Origin: Laetmonice hystrix
Lineage: Eukaryota
Direction: 5' to 3'
Assembly (NCBI GenBank): GCA_965235115.1
Contig: OZ249436.1
Coordinates: forward strand, 40,922,001-40,986,000
Length of the DNA stretch: 64,000 nucleotides
In this document: piece by piece, positions 26,966-40,700 of the stretch
How positions within the stretch are numbered: position 1 is the stretch's first letter
Layout of the letters: every line of letters starts with the position of its first letter
Made by a program: the position numbers and the translations under genes
The notes under the pieces: generated by a model
Database searches by the model: none
What the model was told of the DNA's origin: nothing
Seen by the model: the letters and a program-made list of their open reading frames with translations, nothing else

Positions 26966-27582
26966 ACTCCCAGTCCTGATCATCCAGACCCTCAACGGTA
27001 AGAGAGTCGGGTGACACAGACTGTAAGACTCCCAGTCCTGATCATCCAGACCCTCAGCGGTAAGAGGGTCGGGTGACACAGACTGCAAGACTCCCAGTCC
27101 TGATCATCCAGACCCTCAACGGTAAGAGGGTCGGGTGACAGACTGCAAGACTCTCAGTCCTGATCATCCAGACCCTCAGCAGTAAGAGGGTCGGGTGACA
27201 CAGACTGCAAGACTCCCAGTCTTGATCATCCAGACCCTCAGCGGTAAGAGAGTCGGGTAACAGACTGCAAGACTCCCAGTCCTGATCATCCAGACCCTCA
27301 GCAGTAAGAGGGTCGGGTGACACAGACTGCAAGACTCCCAGTCTTGATCATCCAGACCCTCAGCGGTAAGAGAGTCGGGTAACAGACTGCAAGACTCCCA
27401 GTCCTGATCATCCAGACCCTCAGCAGTAAGAGGGTCGGGTGACACAGACTGCAAGACTCCCAGTCTTGATCATCCAGACCCTCAGCGGTAAGAGGGTCGG
27501 GTGACAGACTGCAAGACTCTCAGTCTTGCTCGTCCAGACCCTCAGCAGTAAGAGAGTCGGGTGACACAGACTGCAAGACTCC
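26966..27582. repeat. Tandem repeat, 62/60-bp unit, 10 copies, mostly as a 122-bp dimer
   Basis: Unit starts at 26966, 27028, 27090, 27150, 27212, 27272, 27334, 27394, 27456 and 27516. Confidence 0.97.
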
Positions 27583-28191
27583 ATGAAGCCCCGGCAGTGA
27601 GGGCATGGAAGACTTAGACCTATTTTCAAGGACCTCAGGACAGAGACCGAGGATGGCGTATACATTTGTATATGGCCGTAGATCGGACTCCTTCACCCGG
27701 GAGAAGAGAAGCTTAATTCAACAAGTTATGTCTTCTTTGAAAGGTTATAGAAAGAAATTCCTTTATAAAACAGCAAGATGTAACCTACTCTACACATACA
27801 TATACATATACATATTTTGCCCAGATCTGTGTAGAATGTGGCCACGCCTAAGAGCTTCTCCTCAACCCAAGTTTGTGATGTAATCCCAGTTCGAGTAGAT
27901 GTAAAGACATCTGCAGCAAATCAAAGGCCGAGATTTCATGTCGCGAGTAATCTCATAACCTTCGACCATATGATGATCTGGAAACATGAGGAGGGGATAA
28001 TGGACCTTGTATCATAATGTAGTGTGCTGTAACAGGGTGTGGTCGCAAGGCAGGAATCCACCCATAGTCTCCTACCAATCTTTACATCTCCCAGGTGTGG
28101 TGGATTTCAATCTTAGGAGGTTATTATCCATTAAAAAAAGACTTTATCGTTTTAATCCTTGGCTGTTCTTGATGAATTATGTTCATATATT

Positions 28192-28324
28192 CAGGCGCGG
28201 ATCTAGGTTTGCGCCAACGGGGTTGTGGGGTGCCGGGGGGGTCCGGGGGTGTATGTTTTGTGTAAACCTTGGGTTGCAACCCCAGGAACACCCCCCCCCC
28301 CCCCCCCCGTTGAATCCGCCACTG
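28192..28324. mobile_element. Small degenerate hAT-type MITE (CAGgcgcggat ... atccgccaCTG termini)
   Basis: Imperfect TIRs resembling the common CAGGGGCGGAT-type MITE ends, with internal poly-G and poly-C. No intact 8-bp TSD. Confidence 0.5.
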
Positions 28325-28450
28325 GTATTTGAAGCATAGACGAAAGAGGAAAAAGAAACGTTTTCCAGTCTGTGAAGGAATATATTTTGGAAATAGGCCT
28401 CCCAGAGAAAACCATGTCCTATTGATTTGATCTGATTGTGCCTGTGATTA

Positions 28451-29356
28451 TACCCTAGTCACACTAGAGGCGGAATGAGCCAGAATGCTGTCGGAATGAA
28501 AATTCTTGGTATATTCCTGGATATTCGAAGTGCATTCTAAAAGTTCTGACTGCATTCTGAGTGCATTCCAAATATTCGGGCCCATTCTTGTGGCTGGCCC
28601 GAATGTTTTGCTCATGCTCAAAACTTTCGAAGTGCATTCGAAGGGGAAAAATATCGAACGGCATTCGAAGTGTATTCTAAATGCACTCTGACTCCATTCT
28701 AAATATTCTTACGGCATTCCAACAGCATTCGAAACATTCTGATCGCATTCGAGGCAGAATCGAAACGGCAAGCCACTTCAAATCCTGTCAGAATGTCCCG
28801 AATGAGCCAGAATGCACCTCGAATGCATCTCGATTGCTGCCGGAATCTATACTCGGACATTCGTGTTACATTCTAAGTACATTCGAAGTGCATTCTAAGT
28901 GTTCGAGCTGCATTCTGTTTGAATTTTTGGACGTTTGAACCATATTCGGCGGCCATTCCGGGAGCGTTCTGACTGCATTCGAGGTGAATTCGTAGAGCAT
29001 TCGAAGCACCTTCCAACCAGACATCGGGCGGTATTTGGGCAGCAATCGAACCGCACTCGTACGGCATTCGAGGTGCATTCTAAATATTCTGACTCCATTC
29101 TAACAATATTCTAAATATTCCTACTGTGTTCCAACTACATTCGAGCTGCATTCGAGCTAATACACCCGGAATGTACAAGAATCATTCGAGGCGGGTTCGA
29201 AGCGCATTCTAAGTATTCGAACGCTATTCTTACAAAGCTGTAAGAATTTTGGTCAATTTGAAATTCCCTCCCGAATGTGGCGCGAATTTTGAGAATTCTT
29301 CATTCCGGCTGGTTCTGCTTGATTCCTGCTGATTCCGAATAAGTGTGACGGGGGTA
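28451..29356. mobile_element. ~900-bp non-autonomous DNA transposon with imperfect TIRs and dense internal CATTC/GAATG motifs
   Basis: Left end taccctagtcacact...cggaatgaaaattct; right end reverse complement tacccccgtcacact...cggaatgaagaattct. The interior is saturated with (g)cattc(g/t)a. No transposase ORF. Confidence 0.75.
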
Positions 29357-31827
29357 TGACATTGTGTTGTCACACGCATACTTTAGTCCTGAACGACCTT
29401 TGAATCGGTACCTAAACACGTGGGTTGTGTTGAGGGTTGATTGCGGTGCCATTGATATCGTTGAATTAAGGAGTACCTGTGCTCTGTAACCTCCTCGGGT
29501 GAACAGTGAAAGGTAGGACACTGCCATGTGTAGGTTTGTACGCTGAGGCCGTCCCGTACGTGACCATTGTAACCACACACCGAGTCCTTCACATACGAGA
29601 CGTTTGTACCAATACGAAACCAACAACTTTCTCAGATCGCATCGATCTCAGGATCGCGTGTCGGAGAACGTCATGGGGTCATGAGAGAAGTTATCTGAAG
29701 ATCGGGTGGGGAGGGGGGGTGGATTGTGGGCCTAGGATCACCAAGGCTTAGCTTCCTTTGCTTTCATTCTATCTCATCTTTCATAAAGTAAGACCACAGA
29801 CCACAGAAGTGCTGAGTAGGCTTACGTGACAGGTAGTCGAGTAGATGAGGATCCACTAGACCAGTAAAGGCATCTCTTTTTTACAAACTCTGAAGATTCT
29901 TTTAAAGATGGGGATCGTAATGTTTACATACGGCTGTCCTCAAGGCATGCATGTCGCCCCCATCCGTCATAGAATTGAAATATTTCTGATCAACAATTTG
30001 TGGAAAACGTGGGCGTCGAGATTAAATTCTCTTCTGTGGTACAAGAAATCTTTGAGGCGGTTGTTTTGATCCAAAGTTGAGGTGTTTCTTGAAAACTGGA
30101 ACGCTGGAAGACACGATGAATGTCAACAGTTCACCTGTACAGCTGCTGTTTATGTTGATCCTAACAAAACAAAAGAGCATGGCGATTTTTTTTCTCCATG
30201 TTGACTCCACTTAGCTTCCTGATGACATGATTGAGACCACTCCCTCATATCGGAACCGTACAAATCCTACAAATGATTTTAACTTATCAGTGTCTTACAA
30301 AACATAGTATTTAGGGCCAATCCATAGAACCGCTTCTTAGATTAATTGTTTCCCCTTTAGCAGTCGGGGAATTGACTCTAGCGACTGGCCAGAAGCCAAC
30401 TAGGACGATCAGATATCATATACTGAATACGCTGCATGTTAGCCGGAGACCGATCCAGCGAGATAGAATGTGGACGTGTTGTAGGATGAGGAACAACCAA
30501 TTTCAACTTAGGACTGTAATATTTCGACGTGTCAAGGCGTCATATGGGCATGCATCCATACAAACGCTGTTTGGTTGCTGGTACAGGGAGAAAGTTTGGT
30601 TATTATTCTAAACTTGTAGTGGTAGGGCTTGTATTATGTTGTCCAGTTCTGTGCGGACTGATGGAGGGGTCTGCAGTTATCCAGCATGTAGGAACATAAG
30701 TAGGGGTACAGAAACTGGAAGCCAATGAGGTGCATGGTTGTGTGAGAGGACGAATCAGTTTCATCAGTACACTCACAGAAATGTTATTAGTCTGAGGCAG
30801 TCTGTTATTCATTCAATGTTCCTTTGAACATTCATACACCTTGTATACAGGCATAGCTGACCAACAAGGTCGCCGATGGTTGATGGATTCGGCGACAATC
30901 ACGGTCTTCATATATATGATGATACTGGCAGCCTTGATCTGGGAGTTGTTAAACAAGAGAAGTAGGGCAGTTATTGGGGCACCCTGCTTAGATCTTCGAG
31001 TCTCCTTGTGACCCTTTGTTTTATGATCCGTTTGATACGGCGTTCAGGTGCCAAGGTGTCTGTCTCCATTTTAGTGGTTGTTACGTCCCGTTTGTCCTGG
31101 TCGCCTGGGGTATAACGGATAGAAAGTTTAACGGTCACCTACCATTGTCAAATGCTTTGTGAAAGACGCTGGTAAACACCCGGCGAATGCCTCGCAGACG
31201 ACATCGATTCAGAGTCGGCGCTTCGGGGCATTTGGTAGGATTTTCCATTAGCAAGAACAAAATGGCACAGATATCGCACACTACCAAATGTCGATGACCT
31301 TAGCCAAAAAAATTGACAGGAAGAGGTCATTCCAGGTCACACCTCGTTATGGGGAGACGCCGAGTTTGTCGCCTCCAGGCTGAGACCAGGTGTGATGAAG
31401 AAGTCACGGGACTGTCTGTACAAACCCCAGGGTGTACATACCTGGACGTACCGGTTAGTGGGGCTGCGTGCCCTATGTCGGAGTTCCCATTAGTTTTGTT
31501 TTTTAAATCTAAAGTTTCACCAGTGACATGCTTGGAAATGTACAGAATGTCGTGTCAAGACCTCTCCAGTGTTGTTCATTAGGACGGCTTTTGAAAAGCT
31601 ATTAATTGAATCTCTAACACTCAGACCGTAACACGCGTATTCAAATGAATAGCTTAGGATTCAAGTTTTAAAAAAATTCAAATTTCCAACTTTCCAGTAA
31701 TGATTGATTCTTCCAAATCAAGGAGTGAAATGCGTCACTTCGACCGGTAACAATTAAGCAAGAAACTATAAAATCTGGTCATTGTCCCGTGATTCAGATT
31801 GCCTCGAGAGCTGGCCGTAATGAGAAC

Positions 31828-32161
31828 AATACAGCATGTTTTCATGGTGACTTTCAGTAGGAAACTAATTGACATCATATTGGGGCACCCATATATCAGG
31901 TGGAAATACGTATTAGCAAACCTAAGGAATCAGAGTGGCTGGTAGGCACGTTCTGTCCGTCCCCGTCCTACCCTGTCCAATAATCCTACTCTCAATAATA
32001 CAGCATGTTTTCATGGTGACTTTTAGTAGGAAACTTGATCTCATAATAGGACACCCATATATCAGGTAGAAATACGTATTAGCAACCTAAGGAATCAGAG
32101 TGGCTGGTAGGCACGTTCTGTCCGCCCCCGCCCTGCCCTGTCCAATAATCCTACTCTCAAT
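31828..32161. repeat. Direct tandem duplication, 2 copies of ~167 bp
   Basis: aatacagcatgttttcatggtgac...taatcctactctcaat at 31828-31996 and 31997-32161, with a few substitutions and indels. Confidence 0.93.
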
Positions 32162-35100
32162 GATCTGCCATCCTTGATCCTGTATACCGACATGGACGTT
32201 AGCCAAACCGCGGCGTTTTTTTGACAATAGATGATACATCGAACAGTTACCTTCAGTTGTACCGCCACTCGGGTGAGAGCTTTAAGTTACTCCGCGTTGT
32301 TCTCTCTATATAAAGCAGACCATAAATTATTGCAGAGAATTTAGGGGAAACAATACTGAAGCAGATTTGACAGAGTTGTCAACTTGGCATGGGTGTCGTT
32401 CAGGGTTTTACCTGTTTAGGTGAAGGCCGACTGACAGATCAATTTACCCCACTCAGAGACAACAACAACACCAGGAGGTGGTATCCTATACCTGGTCAGT
32501 CGTTTCACACCTTGCTAGGGTATAAAAATAAGAAATTGGAAGTAAAGTGGTGAAAGAAAAATTCTGATTTTATTTTCATTAGATCTAAGGGTAGAGATGG
32601 TGATAAGGATGAAGATGTGAAGATGTATCAGTTATCACGGAGGAGAAGAAGGAAAGTGGAAACATGACCCAGATTGGTAACCTCCTGGTTAGTCATGCGT
32701 GCCCTGATGGGTGCTGTTGGGGTTTGATTGGCGTGCAAGGTTGATTAAACTTCATGGTTCACTGCCTCAGGTGAGAGTAGAAGGGGAAGGGGTCAATTGT
32801 TTTTTTTTCTTTCAGTTGAATCATTTCGCGTGCGTCTTCTCGAAGTGTTTCCGATGGAATATCTTAGTGGAAGTGCCATTAAAATTCCATGAGTTCATTT
32901 CAGAATTTCATTAAAATTGGTAACCCAAAACCGTATGGAAATTAGGAAGACGGATTTAGATCAATTTGTTTAGATGTGCATTTGCTTAGATCTTAGAAAT
33001 TGTGTCTGCTAAGATCAGGCATAGACAATGAGTCTCTGCTAGCTTAAAGTTCAATTGCAAAAGCTAAATTTTCTTAATACTTTAGAAATTTCACTTCATG
33101 TCATTTCGAATTTTTGTGGAAGTTCTTGCCGGAAAAAGGTAGACGCAAACAACCATCTCGCTCTGTTTGAATAATATTTGAATGAAATATTTTCCAGACT
33201 ACTTAAAACATGATTATTGGTAAGAGGCAATATGACAGGGAAAATCCCCTCGTCGGTAATGCCTTGGTTGGGTGTATTTATTTACCAACAATAGTGTGTA
33301 CCTGCCTTGGTATCCACAACAAGGGCTGGCTCCGAGCAGGGCCCACGCGGGGACTGCCAATGATTTCCGATCCGGAGACTGCGAACCGTTTTAACCAAGT
33401 GTTTCTGTTCTCCCTGGCATAACATCGTTCATCCTACACGACCTTGTCACGGTCAGGTGGCCTGAAGTAGCCTCAGTTACATAAAGCGAAACTAAAGATG
33501 AATTCATACAAGGTGTGACGTCACAGGGCCCAGGTATAGGACAGTCAGCCAGCTTTTAACATAACTACACATTGCCTTCCCAGCAAGTGCTAATTATGTG
33601 TAGTAAAAATAAATATTAAAATTTCAAAAAATTTCACAGTTTTAATCCGACTGACCCTTTCATCTGTCAGGAGGGTACATTGGGGTCGTGTAATATGCGT
33701 GTGTCCCGGCGAGCCTGCGTGCACGCTTATGTACACACTGATGACGCAGTGCAAACCTGACCCCCTCCCCGCCCCCTGCCCAGGTGAGGTGGCGACCAAC
33801 GATGACGGGTGACCACCAGTACCTGTAGATCGTGTCAGTGAGATGTTGACCGCGGATTATTGAGTGCTGGGGGGGGGGACTCCACACCAACCCCAACCCT
33901 CACCTTCAGGTCAACCAATAGAAAGTCTCATATTTCAGGCCGTCATATAATGGTGGAACCTCACACACGATGCACACAATATGATTAGTCTCCAAGGAAA
34001 GAGTGAGAGCTGTCAGTCAGGAAATGTGGCCACGATATGAGGAAAATAATTACTTTCACACCCGCCAGATGGTAGTTAGTGACATCATTAAAACTGAGGG
34101 CGATCATTAAAGATTGCTTTAAGTGAAGCTATTAATTGTGATTCATACTTTGTCAAATCCGCTTCCTATGTGCGGTTTAGGTTGGCATCGATCAAATACA
34201 ATTTTGGGCGCCAGGTCGTGCATATAAACATGGCCACCGACCACCAAACTTGAAAATATTACAAATATCGCTCACAACTGCCCTTTGTGCCGGTGAGAAA
34301 GGTTTTCCTTTGCCTATGGCACCGTGTTAGCCCGGAGTCTACCTGTCAGATTCTGACAATACTGATACGTCATGGCCACAAGACCGTCAGAGCAACCGCC
34401 TGTAGGGACTTTTGATAAATCTGAAATGGGATATGAAATATTTGATATGAATGGCGTACATATACATGTTGTATAGGACCAGGATTGTCAGAGGGTCTCC
34501 CGGACTGGTACTTTTGAAGTCTGGAGAAAGGACTGTCGACAGAAGGGAACTATCAAATGACTAGACGGGACACAGTGCTCGTGAACACAGCCATATGTAC
34601 GTGACTGCATGGTATAGAGTCTCATACCGCCAGACGATATCGAACTGATGATATTCTTACAGAGTATGAAACAATCTTACCGCTTTAAGGTTATTTAAAG
34701 GAGAAAAAAAATCTTAAAAGGCGAATAAAAGGGCGAAAGGGCGAAAGTGAGTTGAATATACGCGTGCCCCCCATGAAAGGGTCACCCCTCGAGAACGTTT
34801 GAAGAACATTAGCTGAAAGGGACTAAATCTTTTGTCCGGTACAGTTTTTCTTACCTGAATGTTGCACACTCAGTGTCATACATTATTGACACTCTTTTTC
34901 TAACGACGACACCCGTGCTTTGTCTTGGCCCTATATGTAATATAACATACAGCCAGAAGATCACAGGCGATATACAATAGGGGGTGATGGGAGACTTTTA
35001 GTAAGTATTGTGAAATGTAGGGTGAGAATAAGAAATGTGGGAATGGAAACAAAATGGTACCTACGAAAGGTTATTTATGATTTTTGGCATGACTCTTTCT

Positions 35101-37725
35101 TTACATACTGCATATAATATTATCGTACCGGTATTTATACCTTTTCATTTAGCATTGAACTCACAGTCTGCTCTTGGGTCGTCTGAATTGATTGCGTAAA
35201 TAACTTTATCTTCATTCTTCTTAGTGGATAAATTTCACACAACTCTGCTGACTTTGGTTTTTGTCCTATATCCGGTTGTAACATTGCCCACATCCGGTTA
35301 GGGGACCACTGTCAACCTCTATCTTCAGCTTCCGAGGGGTTATTCCCCATGATAACTTTCCACAAAATATTTGGGCAGGGGTTCTGGTTAAGGTCAGGGA
35401 TACGGATAGAATAGGGATATGTTTTTGGGAGGAGAAGGGACCGGGGTTAGGGATAAGGTCAGGGCTATGGATCTTTACTTTAGACCAAATTTGGTGCATC
35501 TCAAAATTTTCCTACCTTGGGGTAACTGCATGTTTGTGTAGTGTGGCACTAAGGGTATTGCTTTGGGGCTGAGGGGGCATAGTCTGCTTCCTGCTTCCTG
35601 CAGATCGTGGGTTAATGCTACTAGAAACTATCATATAAAGGGCCCAAAATTGAACCTAACCTGCAGCAATCAGCGAGTATCTCTCATTTCAATGACTCCA
35701 AAATGCAGACATGTTGTTAGGTTAGATAAGTCCTTACCCTACATAAATCAATAAATCTTTACCCACAGAAATGGAGAAATCTAATGAAAATGAATTCCAG
35801 TAGCCTGTCGCCACGAAGCGAACGTCTCATGGCTGGTTGTTGACCTTTCATTGACTTGAACAGCCAATGAAATTCATTAGGCTATCCCTCTTTGCTTTTT
35901 TCCTTCGAGATCAGGACGTGGACGAATTCGGGCGTAGTCCAGACGATGTTCTTAAAACATATATGGGGACATTGCCATAAATAATGCAGGACCTATAGTG
36001 CTGGGACTAATGGACAGTTCAAAGATTAGCTTAGGAAGTCAAGTCACGTTTTGAATAATAATGACGTAATGACCAAATCATAGAGCCTCACGGCATGATG
36101 GGAGAGAATGGCATGAAATAAGTAAGTTGTTTGGTTTAAATAATGCATGTCTCCACGTCAGTTACATACATATGTAGACACTTCCAGCAGTAATAGGTAC
36201 GTGTCATGATGCTGGCGTCATATCACAATACCTAACGTAAAACGTTTCTGTCGTAAATTATGAAGTCCATAACGTATGGGACCTTGTTTGATACTAGCAG
36301 GTCTGTTATGACATCATAAAGGAATGCGTGTAAAAATCCAGTTCATTAAAGGCAGTAACAGTGACTATCCTTGTGAGCTCATACCAGTCACAGTTGACTA
36401 CTAACTCATTCTAATAGCCCGGTGTTTAGCTGATGAATGAATGCAGGAAAGTAAAAAGATAACTCCTACATGGTATGATTGACATGACGTTATTGTTAAT
36501 GGTTGTTTATTGTGTTGGTCTGGAATTAGAACTAGAAGTACTCCAGTGATAAAAAGATGTAGGTCATAACACGGACATAGCGTTTATACTGTACGCGTTT
36601 CTTGAAAAAAATGGGGGGTGGGCAAGGAATGGAGAGGTTTCGGACAAGTTGTATAAACAGAACATGTTTGGGAAGGTCGGAGGAAGTGGCTAACATCGTC
36701 TGTCTGGTATCAACGATCCTTGGAACATTTCCGCAGAACGACTCGACGTAGATAGACTTGTGGTTGTTAGTAGTCGCAAGCAGAAACCATCTCTGAGTTG
36801 TAAGGAATGGGGACTCAGGTTGTGGGGGCCTAGTCTAGTCCATGTGCTGTTGTCAAAGTGAGTCCAACTACTACATTATACATTCTACCGATACCCTATG
36901 TCAGTGTATGGTACCCCTTCCGTAATATAAGCTGATGTCCATCAAGATTATCCTCTCGTATTACGCTGATAACCTGCACATTGAAATGACCTCCGGCTAG
37001 CTGCGTGGTCATCGAAACTTCCAATTTCGTTTAGTCGGAAGGACCTCAGTGAAAAAAGTAATTACCTCAGGGAGTGACGAGAAGACGTGTACGTGATACT
37101 GCCAGAGGTTACATGATACCGTCCTCAGTGACCCCTGGACACAAACCACCCTCATCTCCACCCCCACCATCAGGCTACCCCACCCCACCCCTCCTCCTGC
37201 TCATTACAGGTAACTTTGTGTTTCATGGCCTCGCGTTCACTTCCCGCAGTCTGAATTACAACGTATTCTACCTCTTTAATAGATTTTGTTCAAAGCTCAA
37301 GCCAGTAGTTGTATCCAAGGCAACAATGGCCAGAGTGAGAGACATACAGCGATGAATAGTTCAGAAAAGTCGAAGTTGAGTATGTGGACCTTTCAGAAGG
37401 CCTCATGCACAAATATGTGCGATGTCTGGCAATTTTACTTCGTTCCTTACCAAACCATATCATTTACCCTTCTGTCAATACGCGGCAGTATGAGTGAAGT
37501 AAATGACTAACATCAAAGTCGGAGCCTCACCTTTCTATTGGGTAGGTGTTGTCTTACATGACCCCTCGATCTCGACAGGAACATGTTAAGGACTCCACTT
37601 TGACAAATAAAGCGTGGCAGTATAGCACCATTGATGTGTGTAAATGACACAAGCTGGTCTCTATGACACCACCACACACACCAAACCTCGAGGTGTAACT
37701 TGATGATCCCGTCGGTACAAGGAAT

Positions 37726-40700
37726 ACTGAGTGAAACTTCCGCCTGACTTCACCCACAGAGGAGGCACTCAGAGTGAGGGGGTTGGTATGGACAGGTTTT
37801 AGATGATGACTGAGTGAATCTTCCGCCTGACTTCACCCACAGAGGAGGCACTCAGAGTGAGGGAGTGGGTATGGACAGGTTTTAGATGATGACTGAGTGC
37901 CGCCTGACTTCACCCACAGAGGAGGCACTCAGAGTGAGGGAGTGGGTAAGGACAGGTTTTAGATGATGACTGAGTGAATCTTCCGCCTGACTTCACCCAC
38001 AGAGGAGGCACTCAGAGTGAGGGAGTGGGTATGGACAGGTTTTAGATGATGACTGAGTGAATCTTCCGTCTGACTTCACCCACAGAGGAGGCACTCAGAG
38101 TGAGGGAGTGGGTATGGACAGGTTTTAGATGATGACTGAATGAATCTTCCGCCTGACTTCACCCACAGAGGAGGCACTCAGAGTGAGGGAGTGGGTATGG
38201 ACAGGTTTTAGATGATGACTGAGTGCCGCCAGACTTCACCCACAGAGGAGGCACTCAGAGTGAGGGAGTGGGTATGGACAGGTTTTAGATGATGACTGAG
38301 TGAATCTTCCGCCTGACTTCACCCACAGAGGAGGCACTCAGAGTGAGGGAGTGGGTATGGACAGGTTTTAGATGATGACTGAGTGCCGCCAGACTTCACC
38401 CACAGAGGAGGCACTCAGAGTGAGGGAGGGGGTATGGACAGGTTTTAGATGATGACTGAGTGAATCTTCCGCCTGACTTCACCCACAGAGGAGGCACTCA
38501 GAGTGAGGGAGTGGGTATGGACAGGTTTTAGATGATGACTGAATGCCGCCAGACTTCACCCACAGAGGAGGCACTCAGAGTGAGGGAGTCGGTATGGACA
38601 AGTTTTAGATGATGACTGAGTGAATCTTCCGCCTGACTTCACTCACAGAGGAGGCACTCAGAGTGAGGGAGTGGGTATGGACAGGTTTTAGATGATGACT
38701 GAGTGAATGTTCCGCCAGACTTTACCCACAGAATGCACTCAGAGTGAGGGAGTGGGTATGGACAGGTTTTAGATGATGACTGAGTGAATCTTCCGTCTGA
38801 CTTCACCCACAGAGGAGGCACTCAGAGTGAGGGAGTGGGTATGGACAGGTTTTAGATGATGACTGAGTGAATCTTCCGCCTGACTTCACCCACAGAGGAG
38901 GCACTCAGAGTGAGGGAGTGGGTATGGACAGGTTTTAGATGATGACTGAGTGAATCTTCCGCCTGACTTCACCCACAGAGGAGGCACTCAGAGTGAGGGA
39001 GTGGGTATGGACAGGTTTTAGATGATGACTGAGTGAAAGTTCCGCCAGACTTCACCCACAGAGGAGGCACTCAGAGTGAGGGAGTGGGTATGGACAGGTT
39101 TTAGATGATGACTGAGTGAATCTTCCGTCTGACTTCACCCACAGAGGAGGCACTCAGAGTGAGGGGGTGGGTATGGACAGGTTTTAGATGATGACTGAGT
39201 GAAAGTTCCGCCTGACTTCACCCACAGAATGCACTCAGAGTGAGGGAGTGGGTATGGACAGGTTTTAGATGATGACTGAGTGCCGCCTGACTTCACCCAC
39301 AGAGGAGGCACTCAGAGTGAGGGAGTGGGTATGAACAGGTTTTAGATGATGACTGAGTGCCGCCTGACTTCACCCACAGAGGAGGCACTCAGAGTGAGGG
39401 AGTGGGTATGGACAGGTTTTAGATGATGACTGAGTGAATCTTCCGCCTGACTTCACCCACAGAGGAGGCACTCAGAGTGAGGGAGTGGGTATGGACAGGT
39501 TTTAGATGATGACTGAGTGAATCTTCCGCCAGACTTCACCCACAGAGGAGGCACTCAGAGTGAGGGGGTGGGTATGGACAGGTTTTAGATGATGACTGAG
39601 TGCCGCCAGACTTCACCCACAGAGGAGGCACTCAGAGTGAGGGGGTGGGTATGGACAGGTTTTAGATGATGACTGAGTGCCGCCTGACTTCACCCACAGA
39701 GGAGGCACTCAGAGTGAGGGAGTGGGTATGGACAGGTTTTAGATGATGACTAAGTGAATCTTCCGCCTGACTTCACCCACAGAGGAGGCACTCAGAGTGA
39801 GGGAGTGGGTATGGACAGGTTTTAGATGATGACTGAGTGCCGCCAGACTTCACCCACAGAGGAGGCACTCAGAGTGAGGGAGGGGGTATGGACAGGTTTT
39901 AGATGATGACTGAGTGAATCTTCCGCCAGACTTCACCCACAGAGGAGGCACTCAGAGTGAGGGAGTGGGTATGGACAGGTTTTAGATGATGACTGAGTGA
40001 ATCTTCCGCCTGACTTCACCCACAGAGGAGGCACTCAGAGTGAGGGGGTGGGTATGGACAGGTTTTAGATGATGACTGAGTGAATCTTCCGCCTGACTTC
40101 ACCCACAGAGGAGGCACTCAGAGTGAGGGAGTGGGTATGGACAGGTTTTAGATGATGACTGAGTGAATCTTCCGCCTGACTTCACCCACAGAGGAGGCAC
40201 TCAGAGTGAGGGAGTGGGTATGGACAGGTTTTAGATGATGACTGAGTGAATCTTCCGCCAGACTTCACTCACAGAGGAGGCACTCAGAGTGAGGGAGGGG
40301 GTATGGACAGGTTTTAGATGATAACTGAGTGAATCTTCCGCCAGACTTCACCCACAGAGGAGGCACTCAGAGTGAGGGAGTGGGTATGGACAGGTTTTAG
40401 ATGATGACTGAGTGAATCTTCCGCCAGACTTCACCCACAGAGGAGGCACTCAGAGTGAGGGGGTGGGTATGGACAGGTTTTAGATGATGACTGAGTGAAT
40501 CTTCCGCCAGACTTCACCCACAGAGGAGGCACTCAGAGTGAGGGAGTGGGTATGGACAGGTTTTAGATGATGACTCAGTGAATCTTCCGCCTGACTTCAC
40601 CCACAGAGGAGGCACTCAGAGTAAGGGGGTGGGTATGGACAGGTTTTAGATGATGACTGAGTGAATCTTCCGCCTGACTTCACCCACAGAGGAGGCACTC

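Noticed and set aside
34640..34675. ctgatga...gaaac hammerhead-like motif (also one near 16817)
   Set aside because: Stem II is out of register with the core, and no stems I/III or cleavage triplet can be formed.
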